DNA of 64,000 bases from positions 4,240,327 through 4,304,326 of the forward strand of contig MU061579.1 in assembly GCA_013265495.1 (NCBI GenBank), written 5' to 3'. Shown in pieces: positions 25,124-38,400 of this stretch; position 1 is the first letter of the stretch, and each line of letters opens with the position of its first letter. The notes beneath the pieces are model-generated. The model did no database searches, was not told the origin of the DNA, and saw nothing but the letters and a program-made list of their open reading frames with translations. The translations under genes and the position numbers were made by a program. Source of the DNA: Vicugna vicugna (lineage: Eukaryota).

Positions 25124-25539
25124 AAAGGCAGACTTATGTGGCATGATATGACATTTTTACAAAAAAACGTCCCTCAACATCTGGCCAGTAGTATATAAAT
25201 ATTTACAATGAAAAATAGGCAAGGAAAAAGGAAATCTTTATTTTTCAAGTCAATTCCTTTCTAATGCTTATCAGAAGTTTAAAAATAAAATACTTCATTA
25301 ACTTTCTAGTCATCCATATTTACATGTTGCTTCCACCAATGTTTTAAGAAGCCTAGTCTTAAGGATGTTTTGTTTTACATCACTCCTGTTCTTTTTCTAC
25401 ACTATTTTCCAAGTTATCTGAAAGAGTAAATTAAATATAAAACTGTAAACTTTGAAGAAAGAGAAAGAATAAACATGTTTAAATGCACTGAGATAGAAAG
25501 GTCCTTACAGAGGTCAATATTTCACAACACTAAAGAAGC

Positions 25540-26320
25540 TCACTAAAATTCTAAAGATATTTAGTGTCTCCACCTCCCTTCCTAATAATAAAAGAATCTT
25601 GGAATACTTAAGTCTTATCAAGATCATTCCTGCTTCCATTCTTTGCTGTTCAGTATACTAATTCTAGCTTATTTTTGCCTGGTTACCCCAAATTAAGCAT
25701 TTAAAAATTTCTTGCTGCCAATTAGTTTAGACTGGCTTAATTATTTATCATTTTTATCCACCCCTGCTTTTTTGTGATTCAGTCCACATCAGGGAATGAG
25801 TTTCCTTCTTTAAATATCTCCTTTAGAACTTCTGTTAGTGACAATATGTTGAGGTTAACCTTTCTTGGCTAATTTTTTATCTCAAAATGTTTATTTCACT
25901 CTCATTTTTAAGGAATAATTTTGCTTGATGCAAAGTTAGAGTTTGCCAGAAATTTTCTTTTGACTCTTTAAAGATACTCTTCTGTTGTTTTCTGACTGCC
26001 ATTGTTTTATATACAGAAGTTACCTTTAAATTTATTTATCATTCCTTTGTAGTTGTCTTTCATTGGCTGCAATTCAAATCATCTTACATGGTTTGGCATT
26101 CTGAAGTTTCATCATAAGGGGAAATTATGTGAAACAATGTGTTTTTCCTTGTATTTCATTTGGAATTTACTAGATTTTCTAGATATGAGCATTGGTGCAT
26201 TAAACAATTCTGGATAATTCTTAGTCATTCCATCCTGATATAATGTCTTTCCTATTTTCTTTATTTTCTCCTTCTGGAATTCTGACGAGGTGTATGTTAT
26301 AGCTTCTTCTCTAACTTCCA
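25540..26320 (-). mobile_element. Ancient L1 (L1M-type) fragment, ORF1 region
   Basis: Minus-strand remnant ...GMTKNYPELFNAPMLISRKSSKFQ resembles ORF1p 'ENFPEL...QIQEAQ'; typical antisense aaaatgtttatttcactctcatttttaagg. Confidence 0.6.
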
Positions 26321-26732
26321 TGGGTAGGCCTGACCTAGTTAGGTGAACCCCTTTAAAAATAGGTCTCCAAATTCTGAGATGGAGGAAGTCAGAGGGAGTA
26401 GAAGCAGCAAAGATACTTTCCTGTTGGCCTTGAAAAAGCAAACTGCCATGTTGTGGGGAGAGCCATGTGACAGGGAGTGGCAGGAGGCCTCCAGGAGCTG
26501 AGGTTCTGAGTCCTGTAATCATAAGAAACTGAATTCTTCCAATAACCAGAGAGCTTCGGAAAAAACCCTGGGCCTCAGATCACATTCTGAGCCCATAGTT
26601 TGATTTTCTGAACAGAGGATCCAGTTAAGCCATGCCCAGACTACTGACACACAGAAACTCTGAAATCACTTATTTGTATTATGTATGCTATGCTTGTGGT
26701 AATTGTTACACAGCAATAGAAAAACCAATACA
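26320..26732 (+). mobile_element. MLT1E-like solo LTR
   Basis: gcaaactgccatgttgtg...aagaaactgaattcttccaataacc...gtggtaattgttacacagcaatagaaaaaccaataca. Confidence 0.8.
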
Positions 26733-27599
26733 GTCATTAATTAATGAAGAAACCAGCAAGATACTACAACTGATTCAAAGGAGAATTCAAATAGCACAGG
26801 TATATAGGCAATCAGGGATGCTGAAATGAATTGACAAATAGATACAAAACTGGTCAATATCCACAAGGCAGTGGCCAACTACATTCACTGAATAAAACTC
26901 ATTTGCATTTCTATGAACAAGTATCATTGACATTGCTATCAGTTTTTTTTTCCCTACAACTTACAGAGTTGTAGAATTCAAAAACAGTATGTGATATTTG
27001 ATCTACTTATTTCAAACATTATTAAAAGAGTACAGAAAAACATGTATTTGGGACTGTTACTCATATGGAGAGTATAATTATTAAAACCATCCAAAACAAA
27101 TGAGTAGTAGCCACTTGAGTCTCTGTTAGAAATACTTAGAAGCAAGAGCATTAACAAAGAGGTACCAGTAATACTTTTGCCAAAGCAAGCCGTATGTTGT
27201 TTTGCTATGCAGCAGTGCTCTATCATACAGGAAAAAATATCTCCCCAAATTTATTCACCTGATTATCTATTGCCTGGAAATTCTATTTGAGAAGCTCAAC
27301 AAACACCTTGCAGTGAAAACGAGTAGAGAAAGAAATGTGCTGTGCATGGAAAGTGAAATTCTACATGTACAAATTTAGAAATGTCAAATGCTAATAACTG
27401 ACCCAATAATCATTGTAAAAGGAAATCATCCTACTCAGATATTTCTCTGAATTATCTAAAAGGCATGTGCTGATCTTTAAACTGAAAAATTTTAAGAACT
27501 GCTTGCTTTCTTGAGAAATCTATTTGTTTTCTTGACGATCCTTTGTTCAAACAGCTGATTTCTCTGCTACAACATAGCTGTTCAGTGCTGTGTTGTTAT

Positions 27600-27800
27600 G
27601 TTTTCTTTTGTTTCTTTTTAACATTTTTTATTGATTTATAATCATTTTACAATATTGTGTCAAATTCCAGTGTTCAGCACAATTTTTCAGTCATTCATGG
27701 ACATATACACACTCATTGTCACATTTTTTTTTCTGTGAGTTATCATAACATTTTGTGTATATTTCCCTGTGCTATACAATGTAATCTTTATCTATTCTAT
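27600..27800 (-). mobile_element. Young L1 3'UTR fragment (same subfamily as 24431-25123)
   Basis: Reverse complement is nearly identical to ~24937-25123; the spurious ORFs 27657+ and 24778- share MSNSSVQHNFSVIH.HIHTHCHIFFSVSYHNILCIFPCAIQCNL. Confidence 0.95.
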
Positions 27801-28387
27801 TCACTCATGAAAAGCTCTGTGGCTTTGAGGATATGTGTAGGAAGATTGTATTTTTGCATACTTTGTATCCTGGCAAGAAATCATTACGATGTGGGATGTA
27901 CGGTGTCACATGATTTCTCCTGTATTTTTTCTTTCCATTTCATCCGAGTGGAAGTTTAGAGCTAGCAGTGGGCTATTTTCTGTTTAGACTGGGAAGTACA
28001 AGAGGCTGTTGCCAGAATTTGGATGTGAGAACTATTAAGATATAGGTAAAAGCTGTCTAGACTTTGACAAATCCAAGTGGCTAAGTTTCATTTGTATCCT
28101 ATACCAGGTGCAGAGAGAATAAACTTTGCATTTGAAATTTCTTACTCTTTGGCTCTGATATTCAAATAATATTTTAGTGTTCAGGGATTCTACTGGGCTA
28201 CTGAAGATTCCTGGGGTTCACTGATAGGGCCATATGGAATGAAATTAGGGTCAGTTGATGTACAGAGTTGACCACCTTTGTAATCTAAGAAACTCTGCTT
28301 ATACATGTTTTGCATACTGATTTCTACAAGGATTTTATTTGGAAAATAGAATCTGTTCTCAATTTTTAAAAAATATTGAAACTAAAC

Positions 28388-28973
28388 TACATTAATTTCC
28401 TATTGCTAGGCAACAGATTACAAAACAACTGACAACTTAAACCAATTCCCATTTATTTTCTCACAGTTATGTAGGTCAGTAGTTCAGGTAGACCCAACTG
28501 GGTTCTCTGCTTAGGGTTATCACAAGGTTGGAATAAATGTGTCAGCTAGGCTGAATTCTTAACTATAAATCCTGAGGAAAAATCTGCTTCCCTGCATTTA
28601 GGTTACTGGCCAAATTCAGCAGCCTTGTTTCTGGGGGACCTCAGTCCTTGTTTCTTCGTTGGTACTTGGCTAGGGACTGCTGTCAGCTTCTACAAGCGGC
28701 TGATATTCCTTGCCCTATGACACCTTTAAAAGCCATTGAGGATGAGTCAAGTCCCTTTCACACATGAAATCTCTCTGACTTCTTCTGCTACCTGCCAGAG
28801 AACACTCTCTGCTCTTGAGGGTTTATGAAATTTTTTAGGCTCTCTAGATCCTCCCCCAATTTCAAGGTCAACTGAATCATGTAACATAATCATGGAGGTG
28901 ATATACCATCATTATTCAGTCTCCAGAATTATGACTGAAAATCTTAGGAGCATTTTAGGATTCTACTAACACA
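28388..28973 (-). mobile_element. MLT1 (E/F-like) solo LTR
   Basis: attaatttcctattgct...catttattttctcacagtt...ggagcattttaggattctactaacaca. Confidence 0.75.
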
Positions 28974-30029
28974 TTAAATTATATCTGTAGTTGAAATGGT
29001 GTCAAGGGTAAATATGCGTGGAGGTACTTGATACACAATCACTCAGTGTATCTGGAAATTCTTTTATGTGGCCCTTGGGGTGGTATCCTTGTGATCAAGA
29101 ATTGGTAATAAATGTTTTGATAGGCTTGGTGTAAGTAAATTGTATGAAGAAAAAAGTTAAATTAGGTACCGCTGTATTAAGGGAAATTCTCAAATTAAGA
29201 CAAAAAAAAAAGTGGTCAGTTTTGATAATGCAAAGTTTTTTGTTTTTTGGTTTTTTTTAAGAGAAGCCCTGATTTCAGTATTTACATTTCTTTTAAAATA
29301 TATAATAAGATTTTTATATCACCAAATACAACCTAATTACTTTGAGCTTATTTTAATGAATATTATTAGAGAAGGAAATGAATATTTGTTTGACTCTGAT
29401 TCTTAGCACTTCTTATTTTTTAGAGTAGAGACTGTCTCCTCTTTGTCTCCAAACATAAGTGTCTCTGTGCAAAGCATTAATAATTGGTACTACCTTTCTT
29501 GTTTCAGTAGTATATAGTAGCTGAGAAATTTCTAGAGCTTGAGCCTTGCGATTCCAACATATGTCAACTGGGAAAAATTTCACAGTGCTTAGAAAGTAGG
29601 GGTAAGCATATGTAAAAAGGACTATTTTTTTACCTAATCACATTCCTTAAAATGAATGGAATTGTATATTTAAAATCTGCATTCTTCATTCAGAGGAACT
29701 TTTTTTTTTAATAACCATTAGGCAAAATACTTAATACTATACCTAAGAAGGAATCTGCTTATGATTTTTGGTTCTTTGTTTTTTCTTTACAGCATTATAT
29801 ATGGTGTTTACTATACTAAATAAAAGTCAGTTGTTGTGACAGGACATTAGGAAGATGAGAAAGTAAAACCAGGGAGCATAAGAAATAAAGGAGAGCTAGG
29901 TCATGCTTCTAAATATATAAATTAACAGCTCTATAAAAATAATCTAGTTGAATAAATAAAATGGAACCTGAAAAATGAAAAAAGTATATGAAGCAAAAGA
30001 AATATTTAGAATGTATCAACCTCATATGT

Positions 30030-30175
30030 TCTTTATTTTATTTTATTGCATTTTTATTGAAGTACAGTCAATTACAGTGTGTCAGTCTCTGGTGTACAGC
30101 ATAATGTACCAATCATGCATATACATACATATATTTGTTTTCATATTTTTTCCATTAAAAGTTATTACGAGATAT
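30030..30175 (-). mobile_element. Short L1 3'UTR fragment
   Basis: ttttattgaagtacagtcaattacagtgtgtcagtctctggtgtacagc is the antisense of the L1 3' end seen at 62460-62520. Confidence 0.85.
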
Positions 30176-30477
30176 CACAATTTCTTTAAAAAGTACTAGG
30201 AAGAAAGTTAAAGTAAAGATCTGCTATCAATTTTTAATTAATCCAAAATACTTATGTCTTATAGCAACAAGTTGTATATTTCTAATAAGCTGTTCTAATA
30301 CATAGAATTCTTAGTGAAATTTAGATAATGTTCACTGCCAATTCATTGAAATAAATGTTTTAAGTGCTTTAATGCTTGCCTCCATTAGTTAACAAATAAA
30401 AATAAAAGTAAACAAATGGGAAGGACTTAGATAAGTATGACAAGGTCCAAAATATAAAAATAAATTATACAGATGTT

Positions 30478-30509
30478 TGTGTATGTGTGTGTGTGTGTGT
30501 GTGTATATA

Positions 30510-30540
<31 letters not shown>

Positions 30541-30550
30541 TATATATGTA
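30478..30550. repeat. (TG)n(TA)n compound microsatellite
   Basis: Directly visible. Confidence 0.95.
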
Positions 30551-30554
30551 AACA

Positions 30555-30730
30555 CATTAGTGATGTGTTGGTGTAGTTTTATCAGTGGTAACAAATGTAT
30601 CACTCTGATGAGGGAAGTTGAAAATGGGAGAGGCTATGCATGTGGGGAGGCAGGTAGTATACAAAATATCTCTATGCCTTTCTCAATTTTGCTGTGAATA
30701 TACAACTACTCTAAAAAAATAGTCCTCTAA
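30555..30730 (+). mobile_element. Ancient L1 3' end (L1MC-like)
   Basis: gtaacaaatgtatcactctgatg...ggctatgcatgtgggg...ctcaattttgctgtgaa...actactctaaaaaaatagtc. Confidence 0.75.
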
Positions 30731-31264
30731 AAATGATAGTGATGGAATGTCTTAGAAGGGACATTATTTCAGGATTTTACTAGATACCCTTTATTAATAT
30801 ATAATAGGAGAAAAATAATAGAAAATATAGGATAATATGTATCATTTAATAACTATTTGAAGTGAAAAAATAAATAGCCTCGTTTTCAAATTGGATGCAG
30901 GGGGTAATAATGCCATTAAGCATCCATGAACTTATGGGTTCTTTTTCAGAATCTACTTCTAGATTTTTAATATAATAAGAAAGTTAACCTGATTTTAAAA
31001 GTTTATACTGTAATTAGAATACTAGTGGTGTATGGTAAATAGTTTCTGATTATTATTTTTGCCTTCACATTTATTGACTTTAATTTTGAAGATGGATATG
31101 TTAAAAATACAATACCTCTTATTTCCTGGTATTCCATAATAGCCTTTTGTTTGCATTGGTGTTGTACTTTCACTGTAATGTTATCTGCATTCTCTTTCTT
31201 ACTCTACTGCTTATAGGGAAATGGAGTTTAGATTTATTCAGCATCTTTTACATACCAAGCACTG

Positions 31265-31600
31265 TGCACTCTACTTAAGCTACTTCATTTCAAGCAATCC
31301 TTATGTTATTTTATTTTATGCTATTGTCACACACTCTAGTCAGTAGGTATTAGTGGAGTCATTGCACAAATGAGGAAATTGAGATTTAGGGATATAATTT
31401 GCTCAAAGTCATATATACAGTTAGTGGTGGTTCCAGTATTCAATACAGGTATGCACCTGCATTTAGAGACCATTCAACACAACCATTTTATGTGAGGTGT
31501 TAAGTTACTGACATCCAGTAAATAATTTACTCAAAGTTGTTGAGAAATGGTAAAGCAACAATTAGAACACAAATCTGTTCGGTTCTACAATTTGTTTTCT
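31265..31600 (-). mobile_element. MIR SINE fragments
   Basis: gcacaaatgaggaaattgagatttagg...tttgctcaaagtcata. Confidence 0.6.
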
Positions 31601-32569
31601 ACTCTTATCTTAACATTTTAAAAAGTAAAATTGTTGAGAACTTTTTTATAGCCAGATGTCTCAACTGACCATAATAGTTTCTTTAGAGACAGAGAGCCAA
31701 TAGGTATATCCAACTGTATGCTCCTCTCATAAGTAGATGCATGCTACAAAGTACACTACAGCCATATCATTTTGAAGTGTTCCTATAAATAATGTCATCC
31801 TGTGAAATCCTCCACAATTCCTTGACAAACTCAAGCATACCCAACAAGCAAGTGCACACACAAATGATGGATATGTAGATATCTTAATTCCACTATGCAC
31901 AGATTAATAGAGTCCTATAATATATATGGCCATTGAAATATCAATGTAATACAGAAACACAGAGAAATACAAAGGTGTCCACCTATAAAGATACTGCTAG
32001 ATAGATAAAATATTGGTAATAGCAGTAAGCATGCATGACTAACACACACAGAGGTGCCCACCGATGTTATATACTAAAAATACCTACACACAGTTGTTTT
32101 TTAAATTCTGAATCACTTTCTATATTTTCAGATAAACCTGAGTCTTCCTAACTTTCCTTATATAAAATGGCAGGAGTATAAAAATAAAAAGATTTACTGT
32201 GTTACCCATTAACATTTGTTTTTAGACATATAAATGCAGATAACAAAAAATGAGCCAAATGATAACATCAACATAATACAGAATCTTTAGAAATCAGAAG
32301 TTACAGGTAAGACCTTTGATATTTTCTGAATTAACCAACTCTTTCCTCTTATGCCTGTGAGTTTATGAATACTTTCTAAGTTTTCATGCAGTGCCAATCA
32401 AAGTTGAAAATGGCACGATATACACTAACTAGGATTCATTTGGATATTGTCACATTAAGCTTTCACCTCTTTGTGATTCCATAAAACCTGGATTTTGGAT
32501 ATTACTCTTACAAAAAACAGCCTACCTCAGACTATGTAAAGAATTCCTCCTTGTATTATCAGACTATTA

Positions 32570-32990
32570 AATTTATCACTCACTTATTCAACCATTTCTT
32601 CATTCAAAATTCAAAAAGATACTTACAAAACATGACCATATAAAACTAATCATTGAGATTGGATATGCAGAAATATATGAAATACTGACCCTGTACTGCC
32701 TGCCTTGTACTCACTCTAGGATGAAAGCAAGCGTTCAAATAACTAAAAATGTACCATGGCCAATGGAAAATAAATAAAAGCATAGAAGTATCAGGAATGG
32801 GAAAGATGTTCGTCTACTCAGAGTGGGAAGCAAATAGGTTTTCCTGGATGAAGAGAAGCTGTATCAGGTCTTGATGAGCATCATCTGATCCTAGACTCCA
32901 AGCCTAGGTGAGAATGTTGAATCTTGCGATGGAGTGAATATCATTTGCATATGGAAGGAAAGCAGATGTCTGCGAAGAGGAGGAATAGGA
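32570..32990 (-). mobile_element. L2 fragment
   Basis: cactcacttattcaaccatttcttcattcaa..., antisense L2 3' end. Confidence 0.5.
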
Positions 32991-32994
32991 GAGG

Positions 32995-33424
32995 TTCTAA
33001 AAATGATGATAAATTTTCTCTTCCATCAAGAGACAAAGTCTCCTTCTTTACTCCTTAAATCTATGCTGGCCACATGACTGGCCTTAGCCAATGGGAAATT
33101 GGCCATTGTGAAGCACACATCAACTTGAAGAGCATCTGTATTTGCTTCTTTTGGAACATTTTGTCATGTGACTGAGGCCAGGTTAGATGGCTGAACGAGA
33201 GAGGACATGTGGCCCAGTGGCCAGCTGTCATTCAGTTAACTTCCTGAAACAGACCTGTTGAGCTGACTAGAAGCTGACCACAGATGAATGAAGGAAGTCA
33301 TCAGAGAATTACCTAAACGAATCCAACCCAAATTCTCAGAATCAAGAAGAGCTCAATAAGCAGTTGTTAACTTCAAGGAACTGGGTTTTTTGAGTGGTTT
33401 GTTGCCCAGCAAAAACTGGTAACA
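32995..33424 (+). mobile_element. MLT1 (F/G/H-like) solo LTR
   Basis: gctggccacatgactggccttagccaatgg...gcagttgttaacttcaagg...gagtggtttgttgcccagcaaaaactggtaaca. Confidence 0.65.
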
Positions 33425-33589
33425 GTGCCTGTGTTTGTCAGTGTGTATCTCACTTTGGTATATAAAGAATAAGAGATGGGTCAGGTATCCAGGCAATGAT
33501 AAAGTGAAGGATATTGTATACAAATTGCCTACTAAATTTGAATGATGATCTTGCATCTAAAGGACTCCTGAGAATATAATATACTATAT

Positions 33590-33682
33590 TGTACTATATA
33601 TATACTGTGTGTGTATGTGTGTGTGTGTGTATATATATATATGTATATAAAATACATATATATATAAAATATATATAATATA
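33590..33682. repeat. (TG)n/(TA)n microsatellite
   Basis: Directly visible. Confidence 0.9.
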
Positions 33683-34724
33683 CTTCCTCTCAGGGTGAAG
33701 TAATCATAGTTTCTCAGTATATTCTTTCTCTTGCAATTCTCTATCATATAAATGAACTGAACATCCCATCTTTTTTAAGCTTTGTTAATTGAGCAAAGGA
33801 AATTTTTTCAAAAAATAATAATTTGCTTGTTTTTAATTCTTTTATAGGTAAAATTCATAGCACTCCTAACTGTTGAGAGCAGTCATTCACACCGTTGAGA
33901 GGGGGAGTAGGTACACCCACATCTCTCTTCACAGTATTTTCACACCCAGTGAACAGTGGACAATGTCTTTAGACTACAACTTTTTGTAAACTCTTCAAAG
34001 TGAATATCAGCAGCATCTCCAATATGTATAAAGAAGTATACATATACATATATTTATACATTTTTGCTGTTCTGGGTAAAGTTGAGTCTGTTTATCAATA
34101 GCATAGTTCCAAGAATTAATCTGGGCTTTAAGCCTCAGAGTACCAATAGTAATTTCTACAGATCAAGATTACCATACCTTGTATAACCTACACTAACCTG
34201 TTCTTTGAAATAGCTTCCTTTTTCTTTTTTTCCTTTCTTCATTGTGTGATTGAAGGTGTTGACTTCAATCAACAAAATCAAATCTTTGTGTGGTTTGATG
34301 TCTCAGTTGCCTTGGAGATTGTGTTTCTCTGCATATGCTGTTAGACAATTAAGTGGAATGGCTAGCATCTGCTACCTCTTGATTTAATTTTAGTTTGGGG
34401 TTTGATGTACTCACAGTAAGCACAGTTTAATAAATTTAATAAATGGTTTAAAGCACACAGTCAAAAAGTGATCTGATGTGTTATGTTTGTTTAACTCTTT
34501 ATAGGACACAGATATCTTACAGAGTCAAAAGTGAAAGAAGTATGTCAGGAAAATTACAGGTTATAGGTAGGAAAAAATAATGATTCCAAAAACTTATAAA
34601 AATAGTCTAACTTAAAACTTGACTTTAAATATTTTTCTTCTCTGGAAAAAATAAATTTGTAATTTCATAGAATTGTCTGGAGTCATAGTTCTGTAGTAGT
34701 AAAGTTCATAACAGAAAGTGTTAC

Positions 34725-34899
34725 TTGACTGTTCTCAGTCTTTGCTATACCTTAGACATTCCCAGGATGTTTTTTGTTTGTTTGTATTGATGCCTGGGCC
34801 ACACCCTCAGAGATTCCAGGGTCTGGGATGAGGCCCAGTTATAGGCATTCAAAAAATTCCCCATTTGATTCTAATAGGCAGTTGGGCTGAAAACCACTG
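34725..34899. mobile_element. MER5-like hAT-Charlie MITE
   Basis: gatgcctgggccacaccctcagagattc...tgattctaataggcagttgggctgaaaaccactg. Confidence 0.7.
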
Positions 34900-35644
34900 G
34901 GCTATAAAAATAAATGGCCTCTATTATCTCCTTTTGAAAATAATGTAATAGGAGCATTACTCTCTCAAGTCACAAAAAAGGAGAATGAAAAAGGGAAAAA
35001 AACGTTCCTAGCTCTCCTGATTGTTAATAGCCTCCACTGAAGCACGGAAGCAACCCTTGGACAACTGCTTTAAAGTCCTAGAACTGGCGAAGTCAGAAAG
35101 TGAGTATTTCATGAGCTGGTGTTCCGGGCTGTGGTAAAGCAGTTTAGTCCATATTAAGCAGTAGTGACTACTTACTATGCACTCGTGCTTTGTGCTCTAT
35201 GTACATTATCTCTCTTGACCTTTACAGCAGTGTAAATGATACCATTACTTTTTTATTGCGATACAAAACAAGGCTAAGATAAATTAGGTCATGAGTGACT
35301 TTGTTGTTTTATAATTTACTTTATATAGTATGTGAGCTAATTTTAATCAGTAATGTAGGGATGGTTAGTTTTTCTAAGAGAGAATGTTTACCCAAGAGCT
35401 GGTCAGTACCATTTGAAAGCTTCTAATTTGAAGTGCATACTCCAGTGATGGCTCTAAAAATTCTGAAAATGCTTCAAATTTTTTGATCAGGAGACAACAC
35501 TAGAGACTCTGTTAACTTGCATAAATAATGTCAGACATAGTTCACCCCAGTATGAATGGTATAAAAGGACCTATGTAGCCCAGGAGCCAGTTTTCCTCAG
35601 AATGTGATGTACTTGATTCTGACAGGAACTCATGTCCAGAGTAT

Positions 35645-38400
35645 TCTTTTTTTTTTCCCTTTTGTACAGCTTTATTAGGCTATAATTGGCTACAACATAT
35701 TATATATAGAGAAAGTGTACAATTTAAAATATACAATTATAATAATGAACATATGCATCACTGGCAAAAGTGTTCTGTTCCCACTTTGTGATTTTACTTC
35801 CTCTAGCTCCTTCTAGGATTCCCTACTCCTCCTCAGACTGCTGGTCCCCAAGGAGTCATTGATCTCCTTCTGTCACTGTAGATTAATTTGAATTTTCTAG
35901 AATTTTGTAAAAATAGAATCACATATAACATTTATTTTTGAGCCTTTTTCACTCTGTATAATAATTTTTAAATTCCTCCATGTTTGTTGTGTGTGCCAAC
36001 AGTTCATTCCCATCCTATTTCTGAATTACAGTATTCCACTGTATGAATATACCAAAACTTGTTTATCCACTTGTCTGTTGAGAGACACTGGGCATTTTTC
36101 CATTTTGAGGTTATTACAAATAAAGCCACAAGAACATTCATGCAAAAGTCTTTCTGTGGACGAATGTTTTTATTTCTTTTGGGTAAATACCTAGTAGTAG
36201 AATTGTAGGATCACATGGCAGGTATAGATTTAACTTTAAGAAACTGCCAAAGAGTTTGCAAAATATACCATTTATATTCTTGCCAGCATTGTATGAAGTT
36301 TTCAGTTGTTCCACACACTTGCCAACATTTGACTTAAGTCTTAAATATTAGTTACCAAATATTGAATGTGTGATAGAACTTAATGTGACTTTAATTTAAA
36401 TTTCTAATGAGTAATGATGTCACATACTTTTTATTGTAATGGATGACTATATAAACTTTTTTCAATTTCTAAATTTTTTCTTTCCTTTTTAAAAATTGAG
36501 ATATAATTGACCTATGACCTTGTATTAGCTTTTGGTGTACAACATGATGGTTTTATATGTATATATTGCAAAATGATTACTACAGTAACATACATCACCA
36601 CATATAGTTACAATTTTTTTTCTTGTGGTAAAAAATTTTTAAGATGTACTCTCTTAGTGACTTTCAAATATACAATACAGTACTGTTAGCTATAGTCATC
36701 ATGCTGTACATTACATCCCCAGGACTTAGGTTCCATGTTATGCCTGGAAGTTTATACTTTTGACCACCTTCACTCATTTTGCCCACACCTACCCTCATTT
36801 TTGATGAAGTTGTTCAAGTCTTTGGCCATTTTCAATTGGGTTGTCAGTCTTATTATCACGTTGTGAGTTCTCTACATATTCTAGATAAAGATATACCTGA
36901 CAAAGGTGTTTTGCACATACTTTCTCCCCATCTGTAGCTTATATTTCCATTTACTTAATAGTGTTTTTCTCTTAAATGAAAAAAGTTCTAACTTTTGGGG
37001 GATCCAATGTATTACTGTTTTTTTAGAGTTTGTGCTTTTGGTGTCTGTTTAATAAATCTTTGTCCAGCTTAAGGTCACTAAGATTTTATATTAGATAATA
37101 TTTTTAAATTTTCTTAGAAGTATAGTTTAGCTCTTAAATATAGATTTATTATTCATTTTTAATTAATATTTTATACTGTATGAGGAAAGGGTTGAAGTTA
37201 ATTTTCTGCATGTGACTGTATAAACATTCTGGCAACACTTTATGAAAAGACCTATTTCCCACTGAGTTACTTTGGTACATTTTTCAAAAATCAATGTACC
37301 ATATATGCATGGGTCTATTTCTGGGCTTTTTTTTTTTCTGTGCCATTGATAGGTTTGATTATCTTTACACCAATGACAAACTTTTGTCATTGCTGTGGCT
37401 TTATAAATCTTGATATTAGGGAGTATAGGTCTTCCAACTTTGTTCTCTGTAAGTTCCTCTTGATGATTCTAGCTCTTTGGATTTCCATACAAATTTTAGA
37501 ATCAATTTAGCTGTCATTTTCTACAAAGGCTTCTGGGATTTTGATTGAGATTGCTTTGCATCTGTAAATCAATTTGCAGGGAATTGACATACTGTGATCA
37601 GATAATATACTTTGTGTTATTTGAATCCTTTTAGATGCATTAGGGCCTACTTTATGGTTCAAAACATAGTCTATCTTGGAAAATGTTTTATGTGCATTTG
37701 AAAGGAATGTATATTCTGCTGCTATTGAGTGGAGAGTTCTATAAATTTCATAATTGGGTGTTTGTAAATAGAGTTGTTTAGGTATAGGTTTAGGTATACT
37801 GTATAGTTTAGATCTACTGCAGCCTAACTGATTTTCTGTCTACTTGCAATGTTGATTACTGAGAGAAGGCAGAAACTGTATGTGGAGATTTGTTTATGTC
37901 CACTTTCAGGTCTATCAGTTTTTACTTCATGTATTTCAAAACTCAGTTTTTAGACACCTAAGCATTCAGAATTGTTCAGTCCTCTTGATGACATTATGTT
38001 TCTTGATGACCTATGTCCTTCTATCACTCAGAAATAACTCTTTATCCCTAGTCTTGCTTTGAAATCGACTTTGTCTGACATTAATATAAGCAACTGAGCT
38101 TTTTTTTAAATTTGTATTAGTGTGATATATTTTTGTTAACCAGACATTTAGTTTTAATTTATTTCTGCTCTTATATTTAAATTAGAGGTTTTTTGGCAGT
38201 ACATAGTTGGGGCTTGCATTTTATTCACAATCAGAGTCTCTACCTTATCATGGCGGTGTTTAAATAATTTACATATAATGTAATTATTAATAGGCTTAGG
38301 TTTAAATCTGCCATTTTGCTATTTATTCTTATTGATGTAATTTGGTTTTTGCTTCAGTTTTCTCCTTGTGTTTCGCCTTCTACTCTGAGTATTCTTGCTA
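35645..38400 (-). mobile_element. Ancient L1 (L1MB/MC-like), fragmented, with a nested younger L1 3' end at ~36480-36800
   Basis: Antisense 3' end acagctttatt...; ORF 37163-37390- (SPEIDPCIYGTLIFEK) is L1 ORF2-like; endonuclease-region fragment at ~37590-38400. Confidence 0.85.

Noticed and set aside
26112..26522. Longest ORF in the window (136 aa)
   Set aside because: Chance read-through from an antisense MLT1E LTR into decayed L1 ORF1.
32130..32312. Possible exon ending ttacag|GTAAGA
   Set aside because: Stop codons in all frames, very AT-rich, no supporting evidence.
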